From an uncultured Nitrospiraceae bacterium (GTDB taxonomy: Bacteria; Nitrospirota; Thermodesulfovibrionia; Thermodesulfovibrionales; UBA6898), in NCBI GenBank assembly GCA_963811165.1, contig CAWEQH010000008.1, forward strand, positions 480,001-544,000: a DNA stretch of 64,000 nucleotides, given 5' to 3'. Shown here one piece after another: positions 10,464 through 20,808 of the stretch. The notes beneath the pieces were generated by a model that ran no database searches, was not told the DNA's origin, and saw nothing but the letters and a program-made list of their open reading frames with translations. A program made the translations under genes and the position numbers. How positions within the stretch are numbered: position 1 is the stretch's first letter; every line of letters starts with the position of its first letter.

Positions 10464-10874
10464 ATGAACCGCCGCAAAGCTCGGGAATACGCCCTCCAGA
10501 TGCTCTTCCAGTCCGAATTTGCCGGCAATGAAAAAGGGATCACCTACCCCGAGGATCTCCTGCCCCCGGCAAAAGAAAAAGAGGGTATGAAAAAATTTGT
10601 CGAGGACCTCGTTACGGGGACCACCCGCAATATCGGGGAGATCGACCGGGTCATACAGGAAACGGCGGAAAACTGGGACCTAAACAGGATGGCTGCAGTC
10701 GACAGGAACATTCTGCGGCTGGCGATCTACGAGATACTTTACAGGGATGATATCCCCCCGGCGGTAACGATCAACGAGGCCCTCGAGATCGCAAAAAAAT
10801 ATTCTTCACTCGAATCCGTGCCTTTTATTAACGGACTGCTCGACAAGATTGCCAGGGGCCGCAGCAGGGCGTAA
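10464..10874 (+). CDS. nusB: Transcription antitermination factor NusB
   Basis: RRKAREYALQMLF, W..RMAAVDRNILRLA, INEALEIAKKY, FINGLLD. Confidence 0.96.
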   Translation: MNRRKAREYALQMLFQSEFAGNEKGITYPEDLLPPAKEKEGMKKFVEDLVTGTTRNIGEIDRVIQETAENWDLNRMAAVDRNILRLAIYEILYRDDIPPAVTINEALEIAKKYSSLESVPFINGLLDKIARGRSRA

Positions 10875-11080
10875 AATGGCAAAGTGGCGCAAATAAAATT
10901 TTTCTCCACACGCTCCTCTGCATTGGGTTGACTGGAACCGCATTTTTGGGTCATCCCTGAAAAAATCAGCCGAAAGTCGCTCAATACCAACTCCCCCAGT
11001 TGCCGAGTTTAGGTTCCTGTTGCTTTTTATCCGGTAAAATTCATACTATTAGTCACTTTATCCAAAGGAGGGGGTTGGAT

Positions 11081-11822
11081 ATGACGAGGGAGAGCCGGAA
11101 AAAAGAAGAAGATGCAGCTGCCGACAAAGAGCTCCACAAAGGACATCGGGGGAGGCTGAAGGCCCGCTTCCTCAGAGAGGGCGAGGACAGCTTCGATGAC
11201 CACCAGGTGTTGGAGCTGCTTCTTTTTTATGCCGTCCCTCGTTTAGATACAAACCCCTCGGCACACCGGCTGATGCAGCGATTCGGAAGTTTTTCAGCAG
11301 TACTCGAGGCCGACCCGAAGGATTTGTCATCTGTTGAAGGCGTCGGAGCAAATGCGGCCGCGTTTCTTGCGATGATTCCACAGATCACCCGCCGCTACTT
11401 TCTTCGACAGGGTCAAACATACTCGCAAGACCCTCAATACCTCAGAGGCTGCCGCCGACTATCTTGTGCCTCTCATGGCAGGCCGGCCGGAGGAAGTGTT
11501 TTATTTGATCTGCCTTGACTCCCAACTGAGGGTCCTTTATCCTGCCCTGATAAGCGAGGGTACGGTGAAGGACGCCTTCGTGCACCCGCGTCATGTAGTG
11601 GAGGCCGCAGTAAGACATAAAGCGTCTTCCGTGATCCTTGCGCACAACCATCCCGCGGGAAGCGTCAAGCCGTCAAGCCACGATCTCAAATTGACCCGTA
11701 ATCTGGTCCAGGCCCTTGGCGGAATGAACGTCCAGGTCGTCGATCACATTATCGTCGCCGGAGAGCAGATTTACAGTTTTCAGAGGGAAGGGATATTACC
11801 GGTGTATGAGGGGGCCCGTTAA
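11081..11822 (+). CDS. radC: RadC family (UPF0758/JAB) protein (one +1 frameshift near 11404)
   Basis: GHRGRLKARF..ELLLFYAVPR HhH part, then VILAHNHPAG...S..D...DHII JAB motif; SD GGAGG before ATG 11081. Confidence 0.88.
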
Positions 11823-12061
11823 GGACGGGATAATGATAGATGAAAGTAGCAGTACCGGTTGGTTGTGATAAACAGATCCTTTTCTACACCGGAAAATCGG
11901 ACGGGGCCGGCGAGGATATTACACAGGCTGCAATTGCTCGGTCTGTTATAATTGAACAGTGCGGCGAACAGTGAAGACGTACGAATTACACTTGGAGGTT
12001 TTCGTCAAGAGCAGTTAATTAAGGACGTGAAGGCGTATAATTTGAGGGTGAGAACAGGAAG

Positions 12062-12400
12062 ATGAAAAAGCAGGCAAAAAAAACTGTTTCTTCTCGTGAA
12101 CAGGTAATTTCAATTCTGAAGAAAGAGCTGCCGAGATTGAAAGACCAATACGGGGTTGAAAGGATAGTCCTTTACGGCTCTTTCGCAAAAGGGACCCAGA
12201 GGAAAAGAAGCGATGTTGATATCCTCGTTGATATTAAGAAGCCGATAGGTCTTGAATTCGTCTCGCTGGCCGACAGGCTTGAGGAGATATTGGGGCGTAG
12301 GGTAGACGTGGCGACATACTCCCATTTCAGAAGAAGCTTTAGGAACCCGCGATATAGGCCTATTGCCGAAGACATCAGAAAGAGCATGATCTATGTCTAA
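12062..12400 (+). CDS. Minimal nucleotidyltransferase antitoxin (MntA-like)
   Basis: GS-X10-DVD motif (GSFAKGTQRKRSDVD); overlaps the downstream HEPN gene. Confidence 0.88.
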   Translation: MKKQAKKTVSSREQVISILKKELPRLKDQYGVERIVLYGSFAKGTQRKRSDVDILVDIKKPIGLEFVSLADRLEEILGRRVDVATYSHFRRSFRNPRYRPIAEDIRKSMIYV

Positions 12401-12743
12401 GAAAAGAAGAAACAAGGATTTTATTGGCGACATTTGGGAAGCGATGGACATGATAGGTCTTTATACGAAGGGCTTAACATACCGAAAGTTTCTTGAGGAC
12501 AGAAAGACACAGGATGCTGTGGTACATAATTTCGAGGTGATCGGCGAAGCGACGAAGAGCATACCAGGAGATTTTAAAACAAGGCGTCCTGAAGTTCCGT
12601 GGAAGACTTTGGCAGGACTGAGAGATAAGCTGATTCACTTCTATTTCGGTATCGATTATAAGATCGTTTGGGACATAATAAAAAAAGAACTGCCTAAACT
12701 TAAGAGACAAATCGAAGACCTTCTCAAGGCCGAATCGAGTTAA
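12393..12743 (+). CDS. HEPN/DUF86 ribonuclease toxin (HepT-like)
   Basis: R-X4-H-X-Y motif (RDKLIHFY), DAVVHNFEVIGEA. Confidence 0.88.
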   Translation: MSKKRRNKDFIGDIWEAMDMIGLYTKGLTYRKFLEDRKTQDAVVHNFEVIGEATKSIPGDFKTRRPEVPWKTLAGLRDKLIHFYFGIDYKIVWDIIKKELPKLKRQIEDLLKAESS

Positions 12744-12997
12744 CCGTCAGTGGGTCGGGGCGGTTGTGGAGAAGACATCAAAATCATCCTAAAATTGAAA
12801 AATCTTTATGCTTATATATAAACTAAAACACTAAGCTGATCAGTGAAGCAATGGGCTGCAGGCTGCCTGCGGACTTTACGTCAGCTGCTTCTTACCGCGT
12901 ACCTGCGAATAGTTTATTTTGAATTATTAGTGTTATTATTTTTGTCTATTTTGACACAGCGAGAATGAATTAAATTCTTTCTTAAAAAGAGGAGATT

Positions 12998-14302
12998 ATG
13001 ATAGCGCGTTATACACGGCATGAGATGGGGAGGCTCTGGGAGCCTGAGAACAGGTTCCAAAAATGGCTTGACGTCGAGATCGCCGTCTGCGAGGCCTGGG
13101 CGGAGATGGGCAAGATCCCTAAAGGGTCGCTCAGGGTCATAAAGGAGCGGGCCGGGTTTGACGTCGGGAGGATAGATGAGATAGAGGCGGTCGTCAGGCA
13201 TGATGTGATCGCCTTTCTCACCTCTGTGGCCGAGAAGGTCGGCCCTGAATCGCGGTACATCCATAAGGGTCTCACTTCGTCGGATATCGTGGATACGGCG
13301 CTGTCTCTCCTTATGAAAGAGGCGGCGGCGATCATCATAAAGGACCTCAGGAGCCTGATAGCGGTGCTTAGGGACCAGGCATTTCGCTATAAAGAAACGG
13401 TCTGTATAGGCAGGAGCCACGGCGTGCATGCGGAGCCGATGACCTTCGGCCTGAAATTCGCCCTTTGGTATGAAGAGTGCAAGAGGAACCTCGAGCGCAT
13501 GGAGAAGGCCAAGAGGATCATCAGCACCGGCAAATTTTCAGGGGCGGTGGGTACCTTTTCGAACATACCGACGGAGATAGAAGAGAAGGTCTGTAAGAAG
13601 CTTGGACTGAAGCCCGAACCTGTCGCCACGCAGGTCGTGCAGCGCGACAGGCACGCGGAATATCTTACAACTCTGGCCATTATAGCCGCCTCCGTAGAGA
13701 AGATGGCTGTGGAGATAAGGCATCTGCAGAGGACCGAGGTCCTTGAGGCGGAGGAGCCCTTTGCTAAGGGACAGAAAGGTTCTTCGGCGATGCCCCATAA
13801 GCGAAATCCCGTAGGATGCGAAAATCTTTCAGGGCTGGCCAGGGTGGTCAGGGCGAATTCCCTTGCTGCACTTGAAGATGTTGCGCTCTGGCACGAGAGG
13901 GACATCTCGCATTCTTCGGTTGAGCGGGTGATCATCCCTGACAGCACGATCTTGGTCGATTATATGCTCCACAGGCTCACCGGCATACTGTCGGGGCTAC
14001 AGGTCTACCCCGAGAAGATGAAGGAAAACATGGGCCGCAGCTACGGGCTCTTCAACTCCCAGAAGGTCCTTATCAGCCTGACTGAAAAAGGGATGTCCAG
14101 GGAAGACGCCTATGCCGTAGTCCAAAAAAACGCGATGCTGAGCTGGATGAAAAGGAAAGACTTCAAGGGACTGCTCATAAAAGACAAGGAAGTAAGAAGA
14201 TATCTCAAGGCAAAGGAGATCGATGACATCTTCGACCTCAGGCATTACTTCAGAAACATCGGCTACATCTTTAGCAGGGTCTTCGGCAAAGCCCGGCAAT
14301 GA
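12998..14302 (+). CDS. purB: Adenylosuccinate lyase
   Basis: MIARYTR, GRSHGVHAEP, GSSAMPHKRNP, WHERDISHSSVER. Confidence 0.97.
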   Translation: MIARYTRHEMGRLWEPENRFQKWLDVEIAVCEAWAEMGKIPKGSLRVIKERAGFDVGRIDEIEAVVRHDVIAFLTSVAEKVGPESRYIHKGLTSSDIVDTALSLLMKEAAAIIIKDLRSLIAVLRDQAFRYKETVCIGRSHGVHAEPMTFGLKFALWYEECKRNLERMEKAKRIISTGKFSGAVGTFSNIPTEIEEKVCKKLGLKPEPVATQVVQRDRHAEYLTTLAIIAASVEKMAVEIRHLQRTEVLEAEEPFAKGQKGSSAMPHKRNPVGCENLSGLARVVRANSLAALEDVALWHERDISHSSVERVIIPDSTILVDYMLHRLTGILSGLQVYPEKMKENMGRSYGLFNSQKVLISLTEKGMSREDAYAVVQKNAMLSWMKRKDFKGLLIKDKEVRRYLKAKEIDDIFDLRHYFRNIGYIFSRVFGKARQ

Positions 14303-14330
14303 AGGCCCACGGGAAGAACCGATCTTGTCG

Positions 14331-17300
14331 ATGACATATAGATATAAGCGGCCCGCCTTGGCGGGGGCGCACAAGAGCAGCCTGCTCGCCGCGGTGCAGA
14401 CGTATATCGGGGGGGGCATCAACGATATACTCACCGAGTACTGTTTCTATATCGGAGCGAAGGAGCCCCTTTCGACCGGGGAAATGGAATTATTAAGATG
14501 GCTCCTAAGCGAGACCTTCGAGCCCGGGAACTTTTCAGAAGAGAGTTTCCTTACTCAGCCCTCAGCCTTCAGCCCTCAGCTTTTTGTTGTGGAGGTCGGG
14601 CCCCGCATGAATTTTACTACGGCATGGTCGACAAATGCGGTCTCCGTATGTCATGCCTGCGGCCTTACGAAGATAACCAGGATCGAACGTTCAAGGAGGT
14701 TCCGGTTTGTCTTCGGCGGCAAACCCGTAGACGATCGGCAATGGTCCGGGTTTGTCTCGTCCCTGACCACCGATCACTCATCGCTTTTGTTTGACCGCAT
14801 GACCGAGTGTCTTTATCCAAAACGCCTCAAGACCTTTGAGACAGGGATCCGACCCGAATCGTTTTATGTCGTCCCTTTGATTAAAGAGGGCAGGTCGGCG
14901 CTCGACAAGATAAACCGTGAGATGGGACTTGGGCTTGACGATTGGGACATCGACTATTATTACACCCTTTTTGTGAAGGACATCGGCAGGGACCCTACAA
15001 ACGTGGAATGTTTCGACTTGAGCCAGTCCAACAGCGAACACTCAAGACATTGGTTTTTCAAAGGGAGGCTGGTCATAGACGGGCAGGAGATGCCGGGGAA
15101 CCTTATGTCCATCATAAAGGACACCCTCGACAAAAACCCCAATAACAGTGTTATCGCCTTCAAGGACAATTCAAGCTCGATACGGGGATATACTGTGCAG
15201 ACGATCGCGCCCGAAAGACCCGGGGGGGCCTCGCGGTTCGGCAAGACAGGCGTAAGCTATGACATTATTTTTACGGCTGAGACCCATAATTTCCCCAGCG
15301 GCGTTGCGCCTTTCCCCGGCGCCGAAACCGGCACCGGCGGGAGGATCAGGGACGTTCAGGCAACAGGCAGGGGAGCGCTCGTGATCGCAGGTACTGCTGC
15401 CTATTGTGTCGGGAATCTCCAAATTCCGGGGTATGAGCTTCCCTGGGAGGACAAAACATTTTCGTATCCGTCTAATCTGGCGAGTCCTCTCTCCATCGAG
15501 GTAGAGGCGAGCAACGGCGCCTCCGACTACGGAAATAAATTCGGGGAGCCGGTCATACAGGGGTTTACGAGGTCATTCGGGCTCAGACTGCCCGACGGGG
15601 AAAGAAGAGAATGGATCAAGCCGATAATGTTTACGGGCGGAATAGGGCAGATGGACTCCGGACACAGCGAAAAGAAGGCCCCCGCAAAGGGCATGCTCGT
15701 CACGAAGATCGGCGGTCCGGCTTACCGGATCGGCATGGGCGGCGGCGCTGCGTCGAGTATGATCCAGGGGCAGAATATCGCTGAACTCGATTTTAATGCG
15801 GTGCAGCGGGGCGACGCGGAAATGGAACAGAAGATGAACAGGGTGATCAGGGCCTGCGTCGAGATGGGTCCGGACAACCCTATCGTGAGCATTCACGACC
15901 AGGGAGCCGGCGGTAACTGCAACGTCGTCAAAGAGATAATCTACCCGGCAGGCGCAAAGATCGAACTAAGGAAGATACCGCTCGGCGACAATACCCTCTC
16001 CGTACTTGAGATATGGGGGGCCGAGTATCAGGAACAAAATGCGCTTCTCATCAACCCCGACAGGTCCGAAGAATTCCTCGGACTCTGCAGGAGAGAGAAG
16101 GTCCCCTGCGCCTTCATAGGCTCGATCACAGGCGACGGATATATCGTGCTCCACGACGAAACGGACCGTAGTACGCCCGTCAATCTTCACCTCGATAAAA
16201 TTTTGGGTGACATGCCGAGAAAGACCTTTCACTTAAAACGGGCAAAACGCCAGCGCAAGCCTCTTGAGCTTCCTGAAGGACTCAGCGTCCGGGAGGCCCT
16301 CGACAGGGTCCTGAGGCTGATTTCAGTGGGTTCGAAAAGGTTCCTTGCCAACAAAGTCGACAGGTCCGTTACGGGGCTGATAGCCAGGCAGCAGTGTGCC
16401 GGACCGCTGCAGCTTACCGTCTCGGACGTTGCGGTGATTGCGCAGAGCCATTTCGGCCTGACGGGCGCCGCGATATCAATCGGGGAACAGCCGATAAAGG
16501 GACTGATAAGTCCTGCCGCGATGGCGCGCCTGAGCGTAGCCGAGGCCATTACAAACATCGTTTGGGCCAAAGTGAGTGCGCTTGAGGACATAAAGTGTTC
16601 GGGCAACTGGATGTGGGCACCGAAACTCCCGGGAGAGGGCGCCGACCTCTGCGATGCAGCTGTGGCGATGCGTGATATCATGGTTGAACTGGGGATCGCA
16701 GTCGACGGCGGGAAAGACAGCCTCTCGATGGCGGCGAGGGTCACGGACCGCAGCGGCGAGTCAGAGACGGTCAAGTCTCCGGGTACTCTCGTTGTCTCGG
16801 CGTATGTCACTTGTCCCGACATCACGAAGGTCATCACCCCCGACATAAAGAGACCCGGTGAAAGTAATCTCATGTTTATAGATTTGGGAATGGGCAAAAA
16901 CCGGCTGGGCGGTTCGGCCCTTGCTCAGTGCTACGGGCAGGTCGGCGATAATTCGCCCGATGCCGATGACCCGAAATTATTGAAGGATTGTTTCAACGCG
17001 GTGCAGGAACTCATTTCGGAAGATTTGATATTGGCCGGCCATGACAGAAGTGACGGCGGCCTGATTACTACTCTGCTTGAGATGGCTTTTTCAGGGAATT
17101 GCGGGATGGAAGTTGAAATACTGCAAAGCGCAAAGAGCACTGCGCATAGCGCAGGAATCCCGTCTCTTTTTTCGGAAGAGCTTGGGATGGTGATCGAATA
17201 TCTTCCCGAGGATGAGGAAAAAGTAATCTCAGCGCTTCAAAGACGAAATGTTCCCTATCAGATTATAGGGAAAAGTTTAATGGAAAAGAGAATCGGAGTC

Positions 17301-18335
17301 TCACTAGTTACTATTGACGGTTCACCACTGACTGTTTTAGATGAGGACATGAGGGTCCTCAGAGACGTATGGGAAGAGACGAGTTGCCGGCTCGACAGAC
17401 TCCAGCGGACCCCCGAGTGCGTTGAGGAAGAGAAAAAAAATATCTACGATATGAAGGCGCCGCCTTTCAGTCTCTCCTTTGTTCCCGGGCCTACCCCGGC
17501 AGAGATTTTGAACATGTCGGACAGGCCGATGGTGGCGATCATCAGGGAAGAAGGCAGCAACGGAGACCGTGAGATGACCTCGGCATTTTTCCAGGCCGGG
17601 TTCGAACCCTGGGACGTTACGATGCAGGATTTTCTTTCTGAGAGGGTAAGGCTCGATGAGTTCAGAGGGGTCGCATTCGTCGGCGGCTTCAGCTATGCCG
17701 ACGTTTTGGATTCGGCAAAAGGGTGGGCAGGAGTAATACGCTTTAATAAAAATATTTGGCGGCAGTTCGAGTCCTTTTACCACCGGCCGGATACATTCAG
17801 TCTCGGTGTGTGTAACGGCTGCCAGTTGATGGCGCTCCTCGGATGGGTGCCGTGGCGGGACATCGCAGACAGTGCCCAGCCGAGGTTTATCCATAACAGG
17901 TCAGGAAGGTTCGAGTCGCGTTTTGTTTCGGTGAAGGTCCTGGGGAGTCCCTCCGTTATGCTAAGCGGGATGGAAGATTCGGTCATCGGTGTCTGGGTGG
18001 CGCATGGAGAAGGCCTTGCCTATTTCCCCGACGATGGGATCAGAAAGAAAGCCCTCGACGAAGGGCTCGCACCTTTGAGATATATCGATGACGAAGGAAA
18101 TATCACCGAACGTTATCCTTTCAATCCAAACGGTTCCCCTGACGGCATTACCGCTCTCTGTTCGCCTGACGGGAGGCATCTTGCCCTGATGCCGCACCCG
18201 GAGCGTACGTTTCTGAAGTGGCAGTGGGGGTGGATGCCAGATAACTGGAAAAAGGAACTGAAGACCTCGCCCTGGCTGAGGATATTCCAAAACGCAAGGG
18301 CATGGTGCGATGAGAAGCGCGTGCAGAAAGATTGA
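14331..18335 (+). CDS. purL: Large single-chain phosphoribosylformylglycinamidine synthase
   Basis: About 1335 aa; SNSEHSRHWFF, AETHNFP, GGKDSLSM, glutaminase GVCNGCQ and MPHPER. Start is probably near 14325-14331 rather than 14223. Confidence 0.95.
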   Translation: MTYRYKRPALAGAHKSSLLAAVQTYIGGGINDILTEYCFYIGAKEPLSTGEMELLRWLLSETFEPGNFSEESFLTQPSAFSPQLFVVEVGPRMNFTTAWSTNAVSVCHACGLTKITRIERSRRFRFVFGGKPVDDRQWSGFVSSLTTDHSSLLFDRMTECLYPKRLKTFETGIRPESFYVVPLIKEGRSALDKINREMGLGLDDWDIDYYYTLFVKDIGRDPTNVECFDLSQSNSEHSRHWFFKGRLVIDGQEMPGNLMSIIKDTLDKNPNNSVIAFKDNSSSIRGYTVQTIAPERPGGASRFGKTGVSYDIIFTAETHNFPSGVAPFPGAETGTGGRIRDVQATGRGALVIAGTAAYCVGNLQIPGYELPWEDKTFSYPSNLASPLSIEVEASNGASDYGNKFGEPVIQGFTRSFGLRLPDGERREWIKPIMFTGGIGQMDSGHSEKKAPAKGMLVTKIGGPAYRIGMGGGAASSMIQGQNIAELDFNAVQRGDAEMEQKMNRVIRACVEMGPDNPIVSIHDQGAGGNCNVVKEIIYPAGAKIELRKIPLGDNTLSVLEIWGAEYQEQNALLINPDRSEEFLGLCRREKVPCAFIGSITGDGYIVLHDETDRSTPVNLHLDKILGDMPRKTFHLKRAKRQRKPLELPEGLSVREALDRVLRLISVGSKRFLANKVDRSVTGLIARQQCAGPLQLTVSDVAVIAQSHFGLTGAAISIGEQPIKGLISPAAMARLSVAEAITNIVWAKVSALEDIKCSGNWMWAPKLPGEGADLCDAAVAMRDIMVELGIAVDGGKDSLSMAARVTDRSGESETVKSPGTLVVSAYVTCPDITKVITPDIKRPGESNLMFIDLGMGKNRLGGSALAQCYGQVGDNSPDADDPKLLKDCFNAVQELISEDLILAGHDRSDGGLITTLLEMAFSGNCGMEVEILQSAKSTAHSAGIPSLFSEELGMVIEYLPEDEEKVISALQRRNVPYQIIGKSLMEKRIGVSLVTIDGSPLTVLDEDMRVLRDVWEETSCRLDRLQRTPECVEEEKKNIYDMKAPPFSLSFVPGPTPAEILNMSDRPMVAIIREEGSNGDREMTSAFFQAGFEPWDVTMQDFLSERVRLDEFRGVAFVGGFSYADVLDSAKGWAGVIRFNKNIWRQFESFYHRPDTFSLGVCNGCQLMALLGWVPWRDIADSAQPRFIHNRSGRFESRFVSVKVLGSPSVMLSGMEDSVIGVWVAHGEGLAYFPDDGIRKKALDEGLAPLRYIDDEGNITERYPFNPNGSPDGITALCSPDGRHLALMPHPERTFLKWQWGWMPDNWKKELKTSPWLRIFQNARAWCDEKRVQKD

Positions 18336-18369
18336 ATAGCTTGATTTACAAGGGATCTAAATACAGGGC

Positions 18370-18399
18370 TTGACATAGTCCGTTGGCACATGGTATTAC
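18370..18399 (+). promoter_or_regulatory. Putative promoter of the rnf operon
   Basis: TTGACA-18nt-(TGg)TATTAC upstream of the AGGAGG SD. Confidence 0.45.
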
Positions 18400-18447
18400 A
18401 TATCGGCCTTTTTAGGTCTCCCATATTCCCAAGGAGGAATCTTCAAA

Positions 18448-19755
18448 ATGGGTTTAGCTACATTTAAAGGCGGAATACATCCGCCTGATAAGAAGACGTT
18501 AGCTGCAAACAGTCCGATCACGGAAGCAAAATCCCCGAAAATAGTCGTTATTCCCCTCAGCCAGCATGCGGGAGCTCCCTGTAAACCGGTGGTGACAATC
18601 GGGCAGGAAGTGAAAAAGGGTGAGATGATAGGTGAACCCGGAGGGTTCGTTTCGGCGCCTGTGCACGCCTCTGTTTCAGGGAAGGTCATCGCCCTAAGCG
18701 AGTTTCCAAACGCCATGGGAAGGATGGTCAATTCGGTCGTGATAGAAAACGATCTCAAGGAAGAATGGGCCGCACTGAAAGATGACCCGAATTATATGGC
18801 CCTTCCCGTAGAGGAGCTCAAGGAAAAGATAAAGTCGGCGGGCATTGTGGGCCTTGGTGGAGCGGCCTTCCCGACCTCGGTCAAGCTTTCACCGCCTAAA
18901 GAAAAACCGATAGACGTGGTCATCATAAACGGCGCGGAATGTGAGCCCTATCTTACTGCCGATTACCGCCTTATGATGGAGAAACCGAAGGAGATAGTCG
19001 AGGGACTCAAGATCCTCATGAAGGTCCTTGGTGTAACGAAAGGCTATGTAGGTATTGAAAACAATAAGCCCGACGCGGTTGCCAAGATGAGCGAAGCGGT
19101 AAAGGGAGAAGCAGGTATCGAAGTCATGGCGCTCGAGGTGAAGTATCCCCAGGGCGCTGAAAAGATGCTGATCAAGGCGGTAGCCGGAAGGGAAGTGCCC
19201 GCAAGGGGGCTCCCCATGGACGTGGGCGCCGTGGTGCAGAATGTCGGAACGGCGTTGGCTATCTATGAGGCCGCGCGATACGGCAAACCGCTGATAGAAA
19301 GGGTGGTTACCGTCACAGGAGAAGGCATCAAAGAGCCTAAGAACCTGATGGCCAGGGTCGGCACGAAGATATCGGAACTGATAGAGGAATGCGGCGGCCT
19401 CAAAGACGATGTCGCAAAGGTCGTGGCGGGCGGGCCGATGATGGGGTTTGCGCTTTCCTCGCTTGATGTGCCGGTGACAAAGGGTACCTCGGGGATCCTC
19501 GTCCTTCCCGAAGAAGGTGTGGTGCATGCCGAAGACTACGGCCCCTGCATAAGGTGCGGCAGGTGCATCGATGTCTGTGCCATGGGACTGATGCCTTCCA
19601 TGCTCAGCATCCTCTCTGAAAAGGGGATGTATGAAGAGGCAAAGGAATATAACCTTTTCGATTGTTTCGAGTGCGGTTCCTGCGCCTTTGTCTGCCCGTC
19701 AAAGAGACCTATCGTGCAGCTTGTAAGATTAGCGAAATCAATGGTAAAGCCTTAA
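18448..19755 (+). CDS. rnfC: Rnf complex subunit C
   Basis: TFKGGIHPP, GIVGLGGAAFPT, NGAECEPY, KYPQGAEK, two 4Fe-4S motifs. Confidence 0.96.
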   Translation: MGLATFKGGIHPPDKKTLAANSPITEAKSPKIVVIPLSQHAGAPCKPVVTIGQEVKKGEMIGEPGGFVSAPVHASVSGKVIALSEFPNAMGRMVNSVVIENDLKEEWAALKDDPNYMALPVEELKEKIKSAGIVGLGGAAFPTSVKLSPPKEKPIDVVIINGAECEPYLTADYRLMMEKPKEIVEGLKILMKVLGVTKGYVGIENNKPDAVAKMSEAVKGEAGIEVMALEVKYPQGAEKMLIKAVAGREVPARGLPMDVGAVVQNVGTALAIYEAARYGKPLIERVVTVTGEGIKEPKNLMARVGTKISELIEECGGLKDDVAKVVAGGPMMGFALSSLDVPVTKGTSGILVLPEEGVVHAEDYGPCIRCGRCIDVCAMGLMPSMLSILSEKGMYEEAKEYNLFDCFECGSCAFVCPSKRPIVQLVRLAKSMVKP

Positions 19756-19765
19756 GGAGAGTTAG

Positions 19766-20808
19766 ATGGAGGCAACGAAAAAAGAACATGAACTGATAGT
19801 TTCGGTAAGTCCTCATGTAAAAAGTGAGGAAACGACAAGCCGTATCATGTGGACGGTCAGCCTGGCCCTTCTGCCTGCGCTTCTTTCCGGGGTCTATTTC
19901 TTTGGTCTGAAGGCGCTCTTTATTACGGCATTATGCATCATAAGTTCTTTGGTGTCCGAGCAGCTTTATATGAAGATGGTGGGTAAAAAGTCCCCTGTCG
20001 GCGACGGGAGCGCTTTTCTCACGGGTCTTCTCCTTGGCATGAACATGCCGGCATCTCTTTGGTCTTTTTCGCCCTTTACGGCGCATGTGCCGATTATTGC
20101 TTCGTTTGTGGCCGTGGTAATCACGAAACAGCTCTTCGGCGGGCTCGGGTTCAATGTCTTTAATCCCGCTTTGATTGGCAGGGCCTTTGCCCTTATTTCA
20201 TGGCCCAGGGCCATGACCATATGGATGGAGCCTACTGCGTCGGTTTCTTGCTATGGATGCAAAGACGACGGCCACCCCTCTTGGGATAATGAAAGAGGCG
20301 GGCATGACGGAGCTGATAAAGGTGTTTGGCGACAAAAGCAGCCTTTATCACGCATCTGCTTACCGGAAACAGGGCAGGCTCAATCGGCGAGACATCTGCA
20401 ATCGCCCTACTGATAGGCGGCCTGTTCCTGCTCTACAAAGAGATATATCACCTGGCATATACCGGTCTCTTTTCTCGGAACGGCCGCACTTATGGCCTGG
20501 GTCTTTGGGACGAAGGGGAGTCTTTTCACCGGTGACCCGATAGTCCATCTCCTTTCGCGGCGGACTGATGCTCGGGGCATGTTTTCATGGCCACCGACTA
20601 TGTGACTTCTCCTTCGACGAGGAAAGGCCAGATCCTCTTTGGCGTCGGCTGCGGAGCATTGACCATGCTCATACGGCTAAAGGGAGGGTTCCCGGAAGGT
20701 GTCATGTTCGCCATACTCATTATGAACTGTTTTGCCCCCCTCATCGACAGGGGCTTTAAGTCGAAGGTCTTCGGGGCCGTGAAACCGGCTGCAAAGGAGG
20801 CTAAATAA
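19766..20808 (+). CDS. rnfD: Rnf complex subunit D (several frameshifts)
   Basis: SPH.., [53 protein letters not shown] spread over several frames. Confidence 0.88.

Noticed and set aside
11840..11974. 44-aa ORF MKVAVPVGCDKQ... after radC
   Set aside because: Short, with a weak SD and no motif beyond the first residues
12840..12910. GC-rich mini-hairpins upstream of purB as a purine-related riboswitch (ZTP/PRPP)
   Set aside because: No consensus landmarks recognised, and a TTGACA promoter candidate lies downstream of it
14223..14330. N-terminal extension of PurL overlapping purB
   Set aside because: Low-complexity translation overlapping the purB 3' end by 80 nt; a start near 14325-14331 is more plausible
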